Assembly: GCA_030704615.1 (NCBI GenBank)
Contig: CM060734.1
Coordinates: 59,582,001 to 59,646,000 of the forward strand
Direction: 5' to 3'
DNA: 64,000 nucleotides
Origin: Takakia lepidozioides
Taxonomy: Eukaryota > Plantae > Bryophyta
Part shown: in pieces, positions 1 to 10,689 of the stretch
Layout: every line of letters begins with the position of its first letter
Numbering within the stretch: the stretch's first letter is position 1
Notes under the pieces: generated by a model
The model's database searches: none
What the model was told of the DNA's origin: nothing
Seen by the model: only the letters and a program-made list of their open reading frames with translations
Made by a program: the position numbers and the translations under genes

Positions 1-1530
1 CAAACGGCCAGGCTTGTAAATAACCTCGAACTCAAACTCATGCAAGATTATTAACCACCTCGCTATCCTTCCACTTATCAAAGGTTTGTTCACCAGATAT
101 ATCAGAGCCTGGTGATCCACATAAAACATAAACTTTCTTCCCAATAGGTAATGCCTGAATTTCTTCACTGCATAGATCATTGCCAATGCTTCTCTTTCCG
201 TTGTGCTATAGTTCCTCTCAGCACTGTTCATCAACCGGCTAGCATAGTACACAGGTGAATCTATATTCCCTGTAACATTCTGGGCTAACACCGCTCCCAA
301 CGCTTCTCCTGATGCATCGCAGTGAACATGAAATACTACATGCCAGTGAGGGTTAATCAGCACAGGTGTAGTTGTTACTGACAGTGTAAGTTCCTCAAAC
401 GCCTGTTGACATTCAGCTGTCCATGCAAACACTGCATCTTTCTTCAGAAGCTTGCTCAATGGTGCTGCTATTTGTGCATACCTTTTGACAAATCTTCTGT
501 AATAACTGGTTTGCCCAAGGAATCTCCTTAAACTCTTAACATTCACTGGTGGTGGAGAGGCTTTAATGGACTCTGTCTTCCTGGGATCCACAAGGAGTCC
601 CTTCTTACACACAATGTGTCCCAGAAGCACCCCTGAGTTCACACAGAAAGTACACTTCTCTGGGTTCAAGCCCAGACCTCTCATCCTGCATCTGGCCAGG
701 CATAACTCCAATTTATGCAAGTGCTCATTCTTAGAGCTGTACACACTGAAATCATCCAAAAACACCTGCATGAAATCATCCAGATACTCTTGAAAAGATT
801 CACTTATCACTCTCTGAAAGGTCGCTGGTGCATTACAAAGTCCAAAGGGCATGACTTTGTATGCATAAGCCCCCCAGTCTGTGATGAAAGCTGTTTTCCC
901 TTGGTCTTCTTCTGCCACTTGCACTTGATTATAACCACTGAAGCCATCCATGAATGAGTACATCTCATGGCCTGCCACAGTGTCTAATACTGCTTCTGTG
1001 AATGGCAAAGGGAAAGGATCTTTCTTCGTACAAGCATTCAGCTTCTTATAGTTCACACATACTCTTAGTTTGCCATTCTTCTTGGGAACTATAACAATGG
1101 GTGACAACCAAGTTGTATACTCTATTGGGTATATAAACTTAGCCTCAGCCAACTTCTTTATCTCTTCTCCAACCTTCTGTGCGTAGTTGGGATTCATTCT
1201 ATACCTCGCCTGCTTGATTGGTACTGACCCTGGTTCCAGTTCAATTTTATGCTGACAGACTTCAGGTGGTATCCCTTTTAGATCCTCATAGCTCCAAGCA
1301 AATACATCTCTGTATTTGATGAACAAGCTTTTTGCTTCTTCGAAGAATTCCGGCTCCAAATCAGCTCCTACTTTCACCATCCTCGGTTCCTCCTGAGTTC
1401 CCACATTTACTTCTCTCACCTGCTCATCAGCTGTGATTGTCCAACCAGTCACCACTTCATCCTGTAAGCTCACAGTGGCTGGTTCTTCTAGGATTTCTAT
1501 TTCTCCTTCTCTTTCTTCATAGAAATGTGA
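1..1530 (-). CDS. pol (RT + RNase H) of element A, open to window edge
   Basis: Manual translation: ...WLSPIVIVPKKNGKLRVCVNYKKLN...FMDGFSGYNQV...QVFLDDFSV...YFASRLMNSAERNYSTTEREALA...VDHQAL. It lies in the -1 frame relative to ORF 1497..4637. Confidence 0.9.
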
Positions 1531-4500
1531 TGGGTAAATGCTGGTTTCTCTTCAGTTGGTGTTGCTGTCACTACACCACAGCAGATACCTCTCAAACAAC
1601 TTAGGCTTTCCAGCCGCATCTCTGCAACCTGCTCCCATTCTGGGTGTGCAGCAAATAGGGTAGCTTCCTGCTCCTCATCCAGTCCTCCCCTCCAGTCATA
1701 CTCTCTGACTCCTCGAGGTCTTCTTGTAGCAGGTAATCTACTAGATTTCTTTGTGGTAATTTGTATCTCGTGCATCCCATTATGCACAGTTAGTAACTGA
1801 GAATTCCAGTCATGGAATACCCTGGCCTGTTTCAGCCACGGACGTCCCAATAATAAGGAGTAAGCCTCCATGACTTCATCCATTTTTAATACAGTTACTG
1901 TGATCATAAAGATCATTTTCTGTATCTGTATCTTAACTCCTCTTATTAATCCCAATGGCTGTACACTTCTTTGATCTGCCATTGTTACTGTAAATGGGGC
2001 TGGTTTCATGTTACTTAGACCAAGCTTCTTCCTTAATTGGTCTGTCATGATATTTACTCCAGAACCACCATCTATCAGTACATCAGTTAGTTCTGTGCTT
2101 CCAATTCTCAATTGGATTACTGGCATAGAATCATCAAAGTCCATGACTGGTTCTCGCCCTTCCGGCTTCACATTATAACTGGTCACCTTGCTGTTCAGGT
2201 CTGTGTTTCCTGTCTCTTGGGCAATTCGATTGATTGCCTGATACAGCCTGTGCCTACAATAAGGTGCCACAGCTAATAGCTGTCCAATGGTAATTTCTGC
2301 TTTGGTCTGACATATTACTTCAGCCAAAGTCTCTTCATTACTTTGCATGTCTGCATCTTCTTTTTTCCTTTCTTCCTCACTCCCCTCTTTTTCTCCATCC
2401 GAATCAGAGGAATCTGCCACAGGAATATCCGTACTCTTTTGCATTTCCCTTATAGTATCTGCCACTTCCTTGTGCAGTTCCTTCTCATCTTTCCAAGTCT
2501 CTTCATCTTCAGGCATATCATTGCCACTTCCAGTCTCATCTTCTTCCTCTTCTACTGGAGGTATTAGTTTGGCTTTACTTCTTGTTACTATCATTGTACT
2601 TACTTCTGGTACAACACATGGCCTAACCATGTGAGCTGCCACCACTGGGCCCTCATTCACAGGAGCTCTCATCTCATTCTGGTGTCTTATCCAGAATGAA
2701 CAGGCTGCCTTGCGATGTCCTGGCTGATTACAATAGTAACATAGCTCTTCACCATTGGGTCCTCGCCCTTGGTCTGTTCTTGGATTATTTCTATAATCCT
2801 GATTCCCGGGCTGGTAATTCCCCCTTGGATTACCCTGATAGTTGCCTCTGGAATTTCCTTGGTAATTCCCTCTTGAATTACCTCTCCCTTCCATGCCATT
2901 GTTATAACCACCAGACCTACCATAGTGGTCCTGATCATTGTTTCTTCTTGGCTGGGGCTGCACCTGATGCACCCTCACTTGCCTAGGTTCTCTTGCAGCT
3001 GTCCTTCTGTTGTAGTAACAATTCTCAGTAGAATGGTTATCCATTTTACAGATAGTACAGTGTTTCTCCTTCATGTGGCATTCTGTAGTGGTATGGCCTT
3101 CATTCTGGCACTTTGCACACCATACACCCTTCCTCCAATGTGTTGCAGCCTCTGTGGCATACTTCTTCAAGATTTCTTCCAATCTTTTCTCATAGTTATC
3201 CCTCTTCAACTTTTCCTTTCTCTTACTCTTTCTTTTTAGTTCTTGCTCTTCTTCTTCATCTGACTCATCTTCAGAGTCCTCATCTTCCTTTTTCTCTCTC
3301 CTGAGCATTCCCAATTGCTCAATTCTGTTTGCAGTTTCAAATGCCTCCTCCACTGTATTATGGGGTAACATATCCACTTTCTTCTGCAACTCTGGTCTTA
3401 GTCCACTCACAAACCAAGTCTTCTGTAAACCGGGTGCTGGTACTGCAGCCAGCTTTTTCATCATCAATTCCATCTTCTCCATATACTCTTCAACAGTTTC
3501 ATGCTTCTTCTGCTTCAGCTGTTGTAAACTTCCATACACTTCATCCTCAGTTTTACTTGTCCTGAACCTATTTCGAAATGCTGTATTCAAGCCATTCCAG
3601 GTTAGGAAATGATTATCAGGGAATCTTGCATACCATTCACTTGCTTTCTTGATAAGTGAACAAGGAAACAGTCTCATCTTGGCATCATCGCCATTCTCAT
3701 TGTTCACTATACACATGTGCTCAAATTGGCTAATGTGTACATCGGGATCCCCTTTTCCTGAATATATTGGAAAGGGTGGTTTTGCCCGTGTTGGTTGTAA
3801 CGCCATCTGTGGCCCTACCTTCTGCCCACTGACAGGTGCTGGCACCCTTGCTGGTGCTGGTCCTTCTGGACCTGTTGTTTTTGTGGTGGATCTTCCACCA
3901 AGTGGTGGCCCTTGAGCACTCCCTGCTTCTGGCCCCACGATATTCACAGTATTCCCAGCTTCAGTTGCACTACTTCCCACACTCCCTGTCCCCCCAGAGC
4001 CAGATCCAGGCAGCCCGCCTGATCCCCCTGAGCCGACACCTTCGTTGGCCTGTGATCCAAGTGCTCCACTTGATCCAGGTCCAACGGGTTGGGATGTCCT
4101 GGTTGTAGTCTCAACCTCAGCTGTTGGGTCTACTTCTTCATATTCTTCCTCTTCCAATTTCTTCTCTCTGTTTTCATCCTCCAAGTTCTGCCCTTGGGTT
4201 TCTTCTTCACTCATGTAACTCAACTGTAATGGTGTTGGAGAGTCTGAACTCTCCGTTGGCTCTGCCACATCCTCATCTCCTTCTTCATCTTCTGCTTCAG
4301 AAACTGGAGTTCCTGCTTTTGGTGTTCCATGCCAACTCTTATCAAAGATTTCTGTCAAGTCTTTTATCCAAGGATGTACCTCAGATCTTTCACCTCGTGA
4401 TTGATCTTCTTCCTGTACCAATTCCCTTAATCTTTCTTGCAAAGAAACAGAAGGAGTGGCATCCAACTCTAGTTCTTCCGGTATAGGTGATGCACTTTTT

Positions 4501-4637
4501 GATCTTGATGGTGTGAGAGGTCCAGATGATTCCCCTATGTCTATTCCTCTCTCCCAAAGATATGGATAATTAGCTTTCAGATAGCTTTCTCTTTTTGATG
4601 AATATCTTTGTCGTCTAGCTTCTCTTTCATCACTCAT
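1497..4637 (-). CDS. Gag-protease polyprotein of element A (1046 aa)
   Basis: Retrotransposon gag core (YSGKGDPDVHISQFE), CCHC knuckles (CAKCQNEGHTTTEC, CTICKMDNHSTENC, CYYCNQPGHRKAAC) and aspartic protease motif LIDGGSGVN. Confidence 0.93.
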   Translation of the reverse strand: MSDEREARRQRYSSKRESYLKANYPYLWERGIDIGESSGPLTPSRSKSASPIPEELELDATPSVSLQERLRELVQEEDQSRGERSEVHPWIKDLTEIFDKSWHGTPKAGTPVSEAEDEEGDEDVAEPTESSDSPTPLQLSYMSEEETQGQNLEDENREKKLEEEEYEEVDPTAEVETTTRTSQPVGPGSSGALGSQANEGVGSGGSGGLPGSGSGGTGSVGSSATEAGNTVNIVGPEAGSAQGPPLGGRSTTKTTGPEGPAPARVPAPVSGQKVGPQMALQPTRAKPPFPIYSGKGDPDVHISQFEHMCIVNNENGDDAKMRLFPCSLIKKASEWYARFPDNHFLTWNGLNTAFRNRFRTSKTEDEVYGSLQQLKQKKHETVEEYMEKMELMMKKLAAVPAPGLQKTWFVSGLRPELQKKVDMLPHNTVEEAFETANRIEQLGMLRREKKEDEDSEDESDEEEEQELKRKSKRKEKLKRDNYEKRLEEILKKYATEAATHWRKGVWCAKCQNEGHTTTECHMKEKHCTICKMDNHSTENCYYNRRTAAREPRQVRVHQVQPQPRRNNDQDHYGRSGGYNNGMEGRGNSRGNYQGNSRGNYQGNPRGNYQPGNQDYRNNPRTDQGRGPNGEELCYYCNQPGHRKAACSFWIRHQNEMRAPVNEGPVVAAHMVRPCVVPEVSTMIVTRSKAKLIPPVEEEEDETGSGNDMPEDEETWKDEKELHKEVADTIREMQKSTDIPVADSSDSDGEKEGSEEERKKEDADMQSNEETLAEVICQTKAEITIGQLLAVAPYCRHRLYQAINRIAQETGNTDLNSKVTSYNVKPEGREPVMDFDDSMPVIQLRIGSTELTDVLIDGGSGVNIMTDQLRKKLGLSNMKPAPFTVTMADQRSVQPLGLIRGVKIQIQKMIFMITVTVLKMDEVMEAYSLLLGRPWLKQARVFHDWNSQLLTVHNGMHEIQITTKKSSRLPATRRPRGVREYDWRGGLDEEQEATLFAAHPEWEQVAEMRLESLSCLRGICCGVVTATPTEEKPAFTHHISMKKEKEK

Positions 4638-4658
4638 GTCCCATGTCTTTCATTTCTT

Positions 4659-5246
4659 TTAATGTGGCAATAACCAAAACTCTCTTCTGTAATATCTCTC
4701 GTATATGCCTGGATTTCTTTCAAGCTTCAATGCACCCTTGGCTATACTTGAAGTCTCCGTTACCATATAACCATATGGCAAACAAGTCTGAAAAGCTGTT
4801 CTTGGTGTGAGTTTGATCCACAAAATATCCTTTGGAATCCAATTCTTTACCAGTACAAGCTCTTCATGCATATGAGTATAAACATTCACCTTTCTTTCTT
4901 CCCAGCCTTCAAACTCTACTCGTTTAATGGATAGCAACGCTATCACATAAACTAATGTTGGTAACCAACGTGCTCTTCCTCTACAGGCTACCTGATAAAT
5001 CTTTATCACTCCTTTCTCCAGACCCCATTCTGGATCAGCATCATGCACTCGTTTAAGAATATTTTCTTTACATCCGTCTGGCAATTCCAAGAACCTTTGA
5101 AAGAATTGTTTGGACAATCTTTCTTCCTTCGTTCCACAGGGAATTTGATTCACTTCAAATTCTTTAATGGTCCAACCACCATGATCCCACCAGATGCCTG
5201 TCACATCTGGTTGTTCATGTCCCAGGTTCCCCAGTATGGTCGCCAA
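4659..5246 (-). CDS. Possible extra ORF upstream of gag in element A
   Basis: 195 stop-free codons between PBS and gag, where Tat/Ogre elements carry an extra ORF. The start is a TTG inside the PBS and no domain is recognised. Confidence 0.35.
   Translation of the reverse strand: MATILGNLGHEQPDVTGIWWDHGGWTIKEFEVNQIPCGTKEERLSKQFFQRFLELPDGCKENILKRVHDADPEWGLEKGVIKIYQVACRGRARWLPTLVYVIALLSIKRVEFEGWEERKVNVYTHMHEELVLVKNWIPKDILWIKLTPRTAFQTCLPYGYMVTETSSIAKGALKLERNPGIYERYYRREFWLLPH
5228..5245 (-). promoter_or_regulatory. Primer-binding site of element A
   Basis: TGGCGACCATACTGGGGA begins 2 nt after the LTR-terminal CA; resembles Tat/Ogre tRNA-Arg-type PBS. Confidence 0.8.
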
Positions 5247-5247
5247 A

Positions 5248-5868
5248 TGTCGCGCGGCTTTTACTCACCCATCCCTTCGCTATCCGAGGCGGAAACTCCA
5301 AGATAGAAGAGTTGGAAATCTCTAAGTACTCAGCCCGCGCAGAACAATCAGTCATGACCTACAGCTAGTGTATCATGGGGGTGTTTCCTATTTGTTTCCT
5401 TTTCCGCATTCATCTTAGCTACCTTACCATTGATAATTAAGTATCAGTTTGCTTCATCAATTTATCGGTTTCCTTAACTCCTCCATTCATTCCACAGCTT
5501 CACTCAGATCTCTCTACACAGTGTGATTGTATCGTATAAGTATCAGATTATGATTTATCAGGTATCAGGCCGAAGCCATTATGTCTCTATTCTTCTTTCC
5601 TATATCACTACATAGCTTTGCATATAACAAGCATCTACTAATCCTCTTTTCTCCTTCATCGTGCTCTCCGATCTCCGCTCCCGCCTGTCTCCGAAGTCCT
5701 CCCCGAATAATGATCCCCCTCATTCCCCGTTCTTCCCTTTATCCTCCTATCCGCGGTTCTAACCGTTTCCCTCTCTAACCGTCGTATGTGAACTAACATG
5801 TTCCCTTCACAGGTGTTGTTCCCCACAGTCGTTCCCTGTCCTACTCTTCGTTCCCTATTATCGTGACA
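5248..5868 (-). repeat. 5' LTR of element A
   Basis: Starts TGTCGCG next to the PBS and ends CGTGACA (imperfect terminal inverted repeat). The partner LTR is outside the window, so the far boundary is inferred. Confidence 0.6.
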
Positions 5869-6012
5869 GCTGTGTCAAGCAGTGACTGGCTGTGTTTGGC
5901 TGTGTCGGGCTGTGACTGGCTGTGTGGCTGTGCCGGGCTGTGACTGGCTGTGTGGGCTGTGTGGGCTGTGACGACTGTGACGGGCTGTGTGGGCTGTGAC
6001 GGCTGTGTGGGC
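5869..6012. repeat. Degenerate short tandem repeat (GGCTGTG/GGCTGTGAC units)
   Basis: Directly visible repeated ggctgtg(t/a) units. Confidence 0.85.
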
Positions 6013-6254
6013 CTATGTAACCCCTCTACAGTGCGCTGCTGTCACCCCTAAGGTTCCTGTTTGTCTCAGTCTGTGCAAAAATTAAGGGTACCCTACAGAT
6101 CCCGTATAAGTGTCTAAGTCCCCTACAGTCCTCTATACAAACACCGCCATGTGGGCCTCAGCACCTTAAAACCTGTTGGTAAAAGGTGTGGTTTGGGCCT
6201 TTAATGGAATAAGTGGTTGGAAAGGATTCAGATCCTGCAAGTATGGTCTTTCCA

Positions 6255-8190
6255 AGTGCATGAAATCATCCAGATACTCTTCACTTATTCTGAAACTCCA
6301 AAGGGCATGACTTTGTATTAGTCTGTGATGAAGCTAACTTGCACTTTTATAACCACTGAAGCACATCTCACCATGAATGTTCGTAAGACACCTGTTGTGG
6401 GGACAGCTCACAGTGGCTAGTTCCTCTAGGATTTCACATAGAAATGTGATGGGTAACTGCTGGTTCCTCTTCATTGGTGTTGCTGTCACTACACCACAGA
6501 GATACCTCTTAAACAACTTAGGCTTTCCAGCCGCATCTTGCAATCTGCTCCCACTCTGGGGTGCAGCAAATAGGGTAGCTTCCTGCTCCTCATCCAGTCC
6601 TCTTTTCCAGTGACTCCTCGAGGTCTTCTTGTAGCAGGTAATCTATAGATTTCTTGTGGTAATTTTATCTGTGTATCCCATTATGCACGGTTAGTAACTG
6701 AGAATTCCAGTCATGGAATACCCTGGCCTGTTTCAACCACGGACGTCCCAATAATAAGGAGTAAGCCTCCATGACTTCATCCATCTTCAACACAGTTATG
6801 TGATCATAAAGATCATCTTTTGTATGTATCTTAACTCCTCTTATCAATCCAATGGCTGTACACTTCTTTGATCTGCCATTGTTACTGTAAATGGGGCTGG
6901 TTTCATGTTACTTAGACCAACTTAATTGGTCTGTCATGATATTCACTCCAGAACCTCCATCTATCAGTACATCGGTTAGTTCTGTGCTTCCAATTCTCAA
7001 TTGGATTACTGGCATAGAATCATCAAAGTCCATGATGTTTCTCGCCCTTCCGGCTTCACATTATAACTGGTCACCTTGTGTTCAGGTCTGTGTTTCCTGT
7101 CTCCTGGGCAATTCGATTGATTGCTTGATACAGCCTGTGCCTACAATAAGGTGCCACAGCCAATAGCTGTCCAATGGTAAGGACTGGCATATTACTTCAG
7201 CCAAAGTCCCTTCATTAATGTCTGCATTTTCTTCCCTTCATCCTCACTCACTTCCTCTTCTCCAGAATCAGAGGAATCCGCCATAGGAATATCAGTACTT
7301 CTGCATTTCCTTATGGTATCTGCCACTTCCTTGTGCAGTTCCTTCTCATCTCTCCAAGCCTCATCATCTTTAGGCACATCATTGCCCTCTTCATTATCAT
7401 CATCTTCCTCACTACTGGAGGTATTAGTTTGGCTTGCTTCTGTTACTATCATTGTACTTACTTCTGGTACAACACATGGCCTAACCATGTGAGCTGCCAC
7501 CACTGGCCTCGGAGCTTTCATCTCATTCTGGTGTCTAATCAGAATGAATAGGCTGCCTTGCGATGTCCTGGCTGATTACAATAGTAACATAGTTCTTCAC
7601 CATTGGGTCCTCGCCCTTGGTCTGTCTTGGATTATTTCTGTATCCTGAAGTAACCCTGGATTACCCTGATAGTTGCCTCTGGAATTTCCTTGGTAATTCC
7701 CTCTTGAATTACCTCTCCCTTCCATGCCATTGTTCTACCATAGTGGTCCTGATCAACACTGATGCACCCTTACTTGCCTAGGTTCTCTTGTGTTTAGTAA
7801 CAATCCAGTAGAATGGTTACAGATAATACAGTGTTTCTCCTTCAAGGTATGCCTTCATTCTGGCACTTTGCAATGTGTTGCAGCTCTGTGGGCTCTTATC
7901 ATCCATCTTCAGAGTCCTCATCATCCTTTTCTCTCTCCTGAGGGCTCAAGTTTCAAATGCCTCCTCCACTGTATTATGGGGTCTTTTGCAACTCTGGTTT
8001 AGTCCACTCACAAACCAAGTCTTCTGCCAGTCTGGTTTCATAACTGTTGGTGTCGGAATGTTGATTTTCCAGTTAGGAAATGATTATCAGGGCTTTTTGA
8101 TAAGTGAACAAGGGTCTCATCTTGGCATCATCGTGTTCACTATACACATGTGTGGCTAATGTGTACATCGGGATTTTCCATCATCTGTGG
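6255..8190 (-). pseudogene. Heavily micro-deleted copy of element A gag-PR-RT
   Basis: Colinear with ~770-3800 (e.g. LLGRPWLKQARVFHDWNSQLLTVHNG retained) but with many short deletions. Confidence 0.9.
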
Positions 8191-8241
8191 TGCACTTGGC
8201 AAACAACCCCTTTTGACAGCTTCAGTTGTGTCTGATACCCC

Positions 8242-8746
8242 GCATATCGCTACACAACTACATCGTTGTCCAAACCACACCACACATATATGCACAATAA
8301 AGTAGTCTGCCACAATGATAAGAAAAGCTAAAGACACACTCTTAACACAAGAAACATGAAATCCATCTCTATCACTCTTTAAATAAAGTCGAGCCAGGGG
8401 CACCCCAAGCTATGGGGACTCCACCCCACAACAACCTACTCCCATCATAAGCACACTCAGTCTAAACGCATGAAGGAGCTCGGTCGCGCAGGCTCAACTC
8501 GAGAGAGATGAGCTGCGCGACTGCCGCTCTCGTGAAAGACGGTTCAGGTGTCAAACTAAACTTGACACCTGATTTAACACTTGACCTAAATCCAAGTGTT
8601 AAATACAAATAACTAGCTTTATTCTAGTTGTTTTCACACTGTGCTTATTTAACTTGACAGCTGTCGTGCGCATACGTATCGCTACACAACTACATCGCTG
8701 TCCAAACCACACCACACATATATGCACAATAAAGTAGTCTGCCACA
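8242..8746 (-). repeat. 3' terminal repeat block Y-X-Y of copy B
   Basis: The 85-bp Y unit (TGTCGTGCG...GCCACA) lies on both sides of the 344-bp X unit (TGATAAG...CTTGACA); the outer Y is truncated. The same block occurs at 39976-40490. Confidence 0.9.
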
Positions 8747-8758
8747 ATCGCCCCCTAG
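8747..8758 (-). promoter_or_regulatory. Polypurine tract of copy B
   Basis: Minus strand CTAGGGGGCGAT immediately precedes the TG of unit Y; the same motif is at 40491-40503 and 55858-55870. Confidence 0.75.
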
Positions 8759-9003
8759 CTGGTGGATAGGTCCCTCTACTCCAGATAGCTACAAGATGTA
8801 ATAGCCACAGCCGTACTAAGTCCTCTATCACTGTCCCTATTGTACTCAAACTCTATAGACCAAGAGGCCGGGTACAAGAGTAGCCCCATCGTTAGTCGCC
8901 GTCTTGCAATCTGTGAACTTGAGCCAGGACTCGTGTGTTCAAGGTCTCCTAGTAGCTTGGCCTTGCGTTTCTTGTTAGCCTTCCATGGTTGTATCCACTC
9001 CCA

Positions 9004-10463
9004 CTATCCAATGCAATGTGGACATAACCAATCCCCATCCGGAACCATCTCAAGAGGTGGAGTCAAGCATCCCATATGCCAACCTCTAGAGCATCGATCA
9101 CACACCAGCATGGTGGCTGCCCCTTAGCAGACCCACACAACATGCACCTCAAACCTGCAGATACCACTGCCAGGTTTGGGTCAATCCTGCCATCGACATT
9201 CGGAAGGTGACATGGCGCACAATTACGCACATGGTCCTTCCAAGTTATGCCATCCCGACCCTCCAAGACCAAGACGCCTGAGGGCAAGACCTCTCGAACC
9301 CTCAAAATAACACGTCCTGCAGTCACATCCAAGGTCGTAGGAGCAGTCTGCTGCAGATAGACATAGTCACCAGGGTTGAATCTCCGAACCCCAGGACGAT
9401 AGCCCCCACCACGTATGGTAGCATACCTCAACGTATCACGGTGTTGTGCAATGGCAAGGTTCTCGAAAGCCATGGGCATGACTTCTTGAACAACTCTGCA
9501 CGCTGCTCACATGCACGTGCCCACACGTCCGGATCGTCAAGGTTAAGAACTGTAGCAGCTTCTCTGCGAATGGATGTAGGCAAATCCGGCTCGGCCAAAG
9601 AGAAGAAAGTATGGTGAGAAGGAGGCAAGTGATGCTTGCTTGCTGAACCTGTAGCCCATGGCTAACCAGGGTAACTGAAGGTCCCAATCTCCTAGGTGTC
9701 CCTTCTGCAAGCCATACTTGCGCAAACCCCTCTTTACTGTCTGAACAACTCTCTCTGCCAAGCCATCGGCCTCAGGATGATCCCGAGAAGTGGTGCGGTG
9801 GTCTATCAAGGCCTTGTCACACAAAGCCTGAAACTCCCCCAAGAACTCTCTCCCTTGGTCCGTGAGTACCTCAGCTGGAGCACCGAATCGGCTAAGCACA
9901 CAATCCAAGAATGCATACGCAGCTCCCTCACTAGCCTTATCAGGCAATGGAACCAATTCAATCCACTTGGAGAAGTGCTCCACCATCACCAACACGTACT
10001 TGTTGTGGCGCATGGTCAGTGGCAACGGCCCTGCGAAGTCAAGACTCCACCTGTAGCCCAATCCCATGATCGGAAGAGGGTGCAATTGTGGAGTAGGGGC
10101 GTTGAATGAAGCACGCACCCTGTCACACACCATGCACCTAGCCACAAATTGTTGCACCTCTGTGTGCATACCACGCCACCAATACTGCCCCTGCAGTAGA
10201 CTATGAGTGCGTCGCACCCCAAAATGCCCCAACTCCTCATGGGCATGCCGCACTAACCGTGCCCGCTGTGTTGGGTGAGGCACAATCCTCACTCGACCAT
10301 CCTCCCACACTCGGAGCAGGTGTGTCCCCTCCCACTTGAACCTCTTGGCTCGTTGTAGGATCCGATCCCTCTCCTTGGCAGTCACAGTGGCTGGTGTCTC
10401 CAGTGCGGAGGTAGTCCAACACAACTGAATCCTCATGTATATCTTTGGCGCCACCTTGCTCAT
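9004..10463 (-). CDS. DDE integrase with C-terminal PHD finger (copy B; frameshifted)
   Basis: HHCC motif (HAHEELGHFG...CMVCDR), core WSLDFAGP / LTDQGREF / GLAERVVQ, then PHD CMLC...CDRCSRGWHMGC...WLCPHC before a TAG at 9004-9006. Confidence 0.92.
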
Positions 10464-10689
10464 TGCTGGCCTCAGGGTCCTCAGACACTTGATCTACAGT
10501 CATCCCTGTTGCAGGTCCAACCTGGCCTTCCGCTGCCAAGATACACAGAAATGCAGATGCATGCCATCCGGGCACCATCTCCTCGTCCGTCTCACCATGC
10601 CACCGAGCTCCAGTGTCATCCTGCTGGCTCGTGCATGGATTGCGACTCAACCCATCTGCATTGCGATTGACCAAACCGGGTCGATGCAC

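Larger units (their letters stand above)
1..5868 (-). mobile_element. Ty3/Gypsy LTR retrotransposon A (Tat/Ogre/Phygy-like), 3' part outside window
   Basis: Gag-CCHC-protease ORF, then RT (YRDVFAWSYEDLKGIPP, FLDD) and RNase H (HCDASGEALGAVL); tRNA-type PBS and a TG...CA LTR upstream. Confidence 0.92.

Noticed and set aside
566-4486. Numerous plus-strand ORFs over retrotransposon genes (also at 9696-15717 and elsewhere)
   Set aside because: Antisense shadow frames of gag/pol with no independent domain signal.
8316-8659. X as an unrelated solo LTR inserted into Y, or a hammerhead ribozyme
   Set aside because: Y is duplicated whole rather than split, the layout recurs in B and C, X also forms the 5' end, and I found no hammerhead core (CUGAnGA...GAAA) arrangement.
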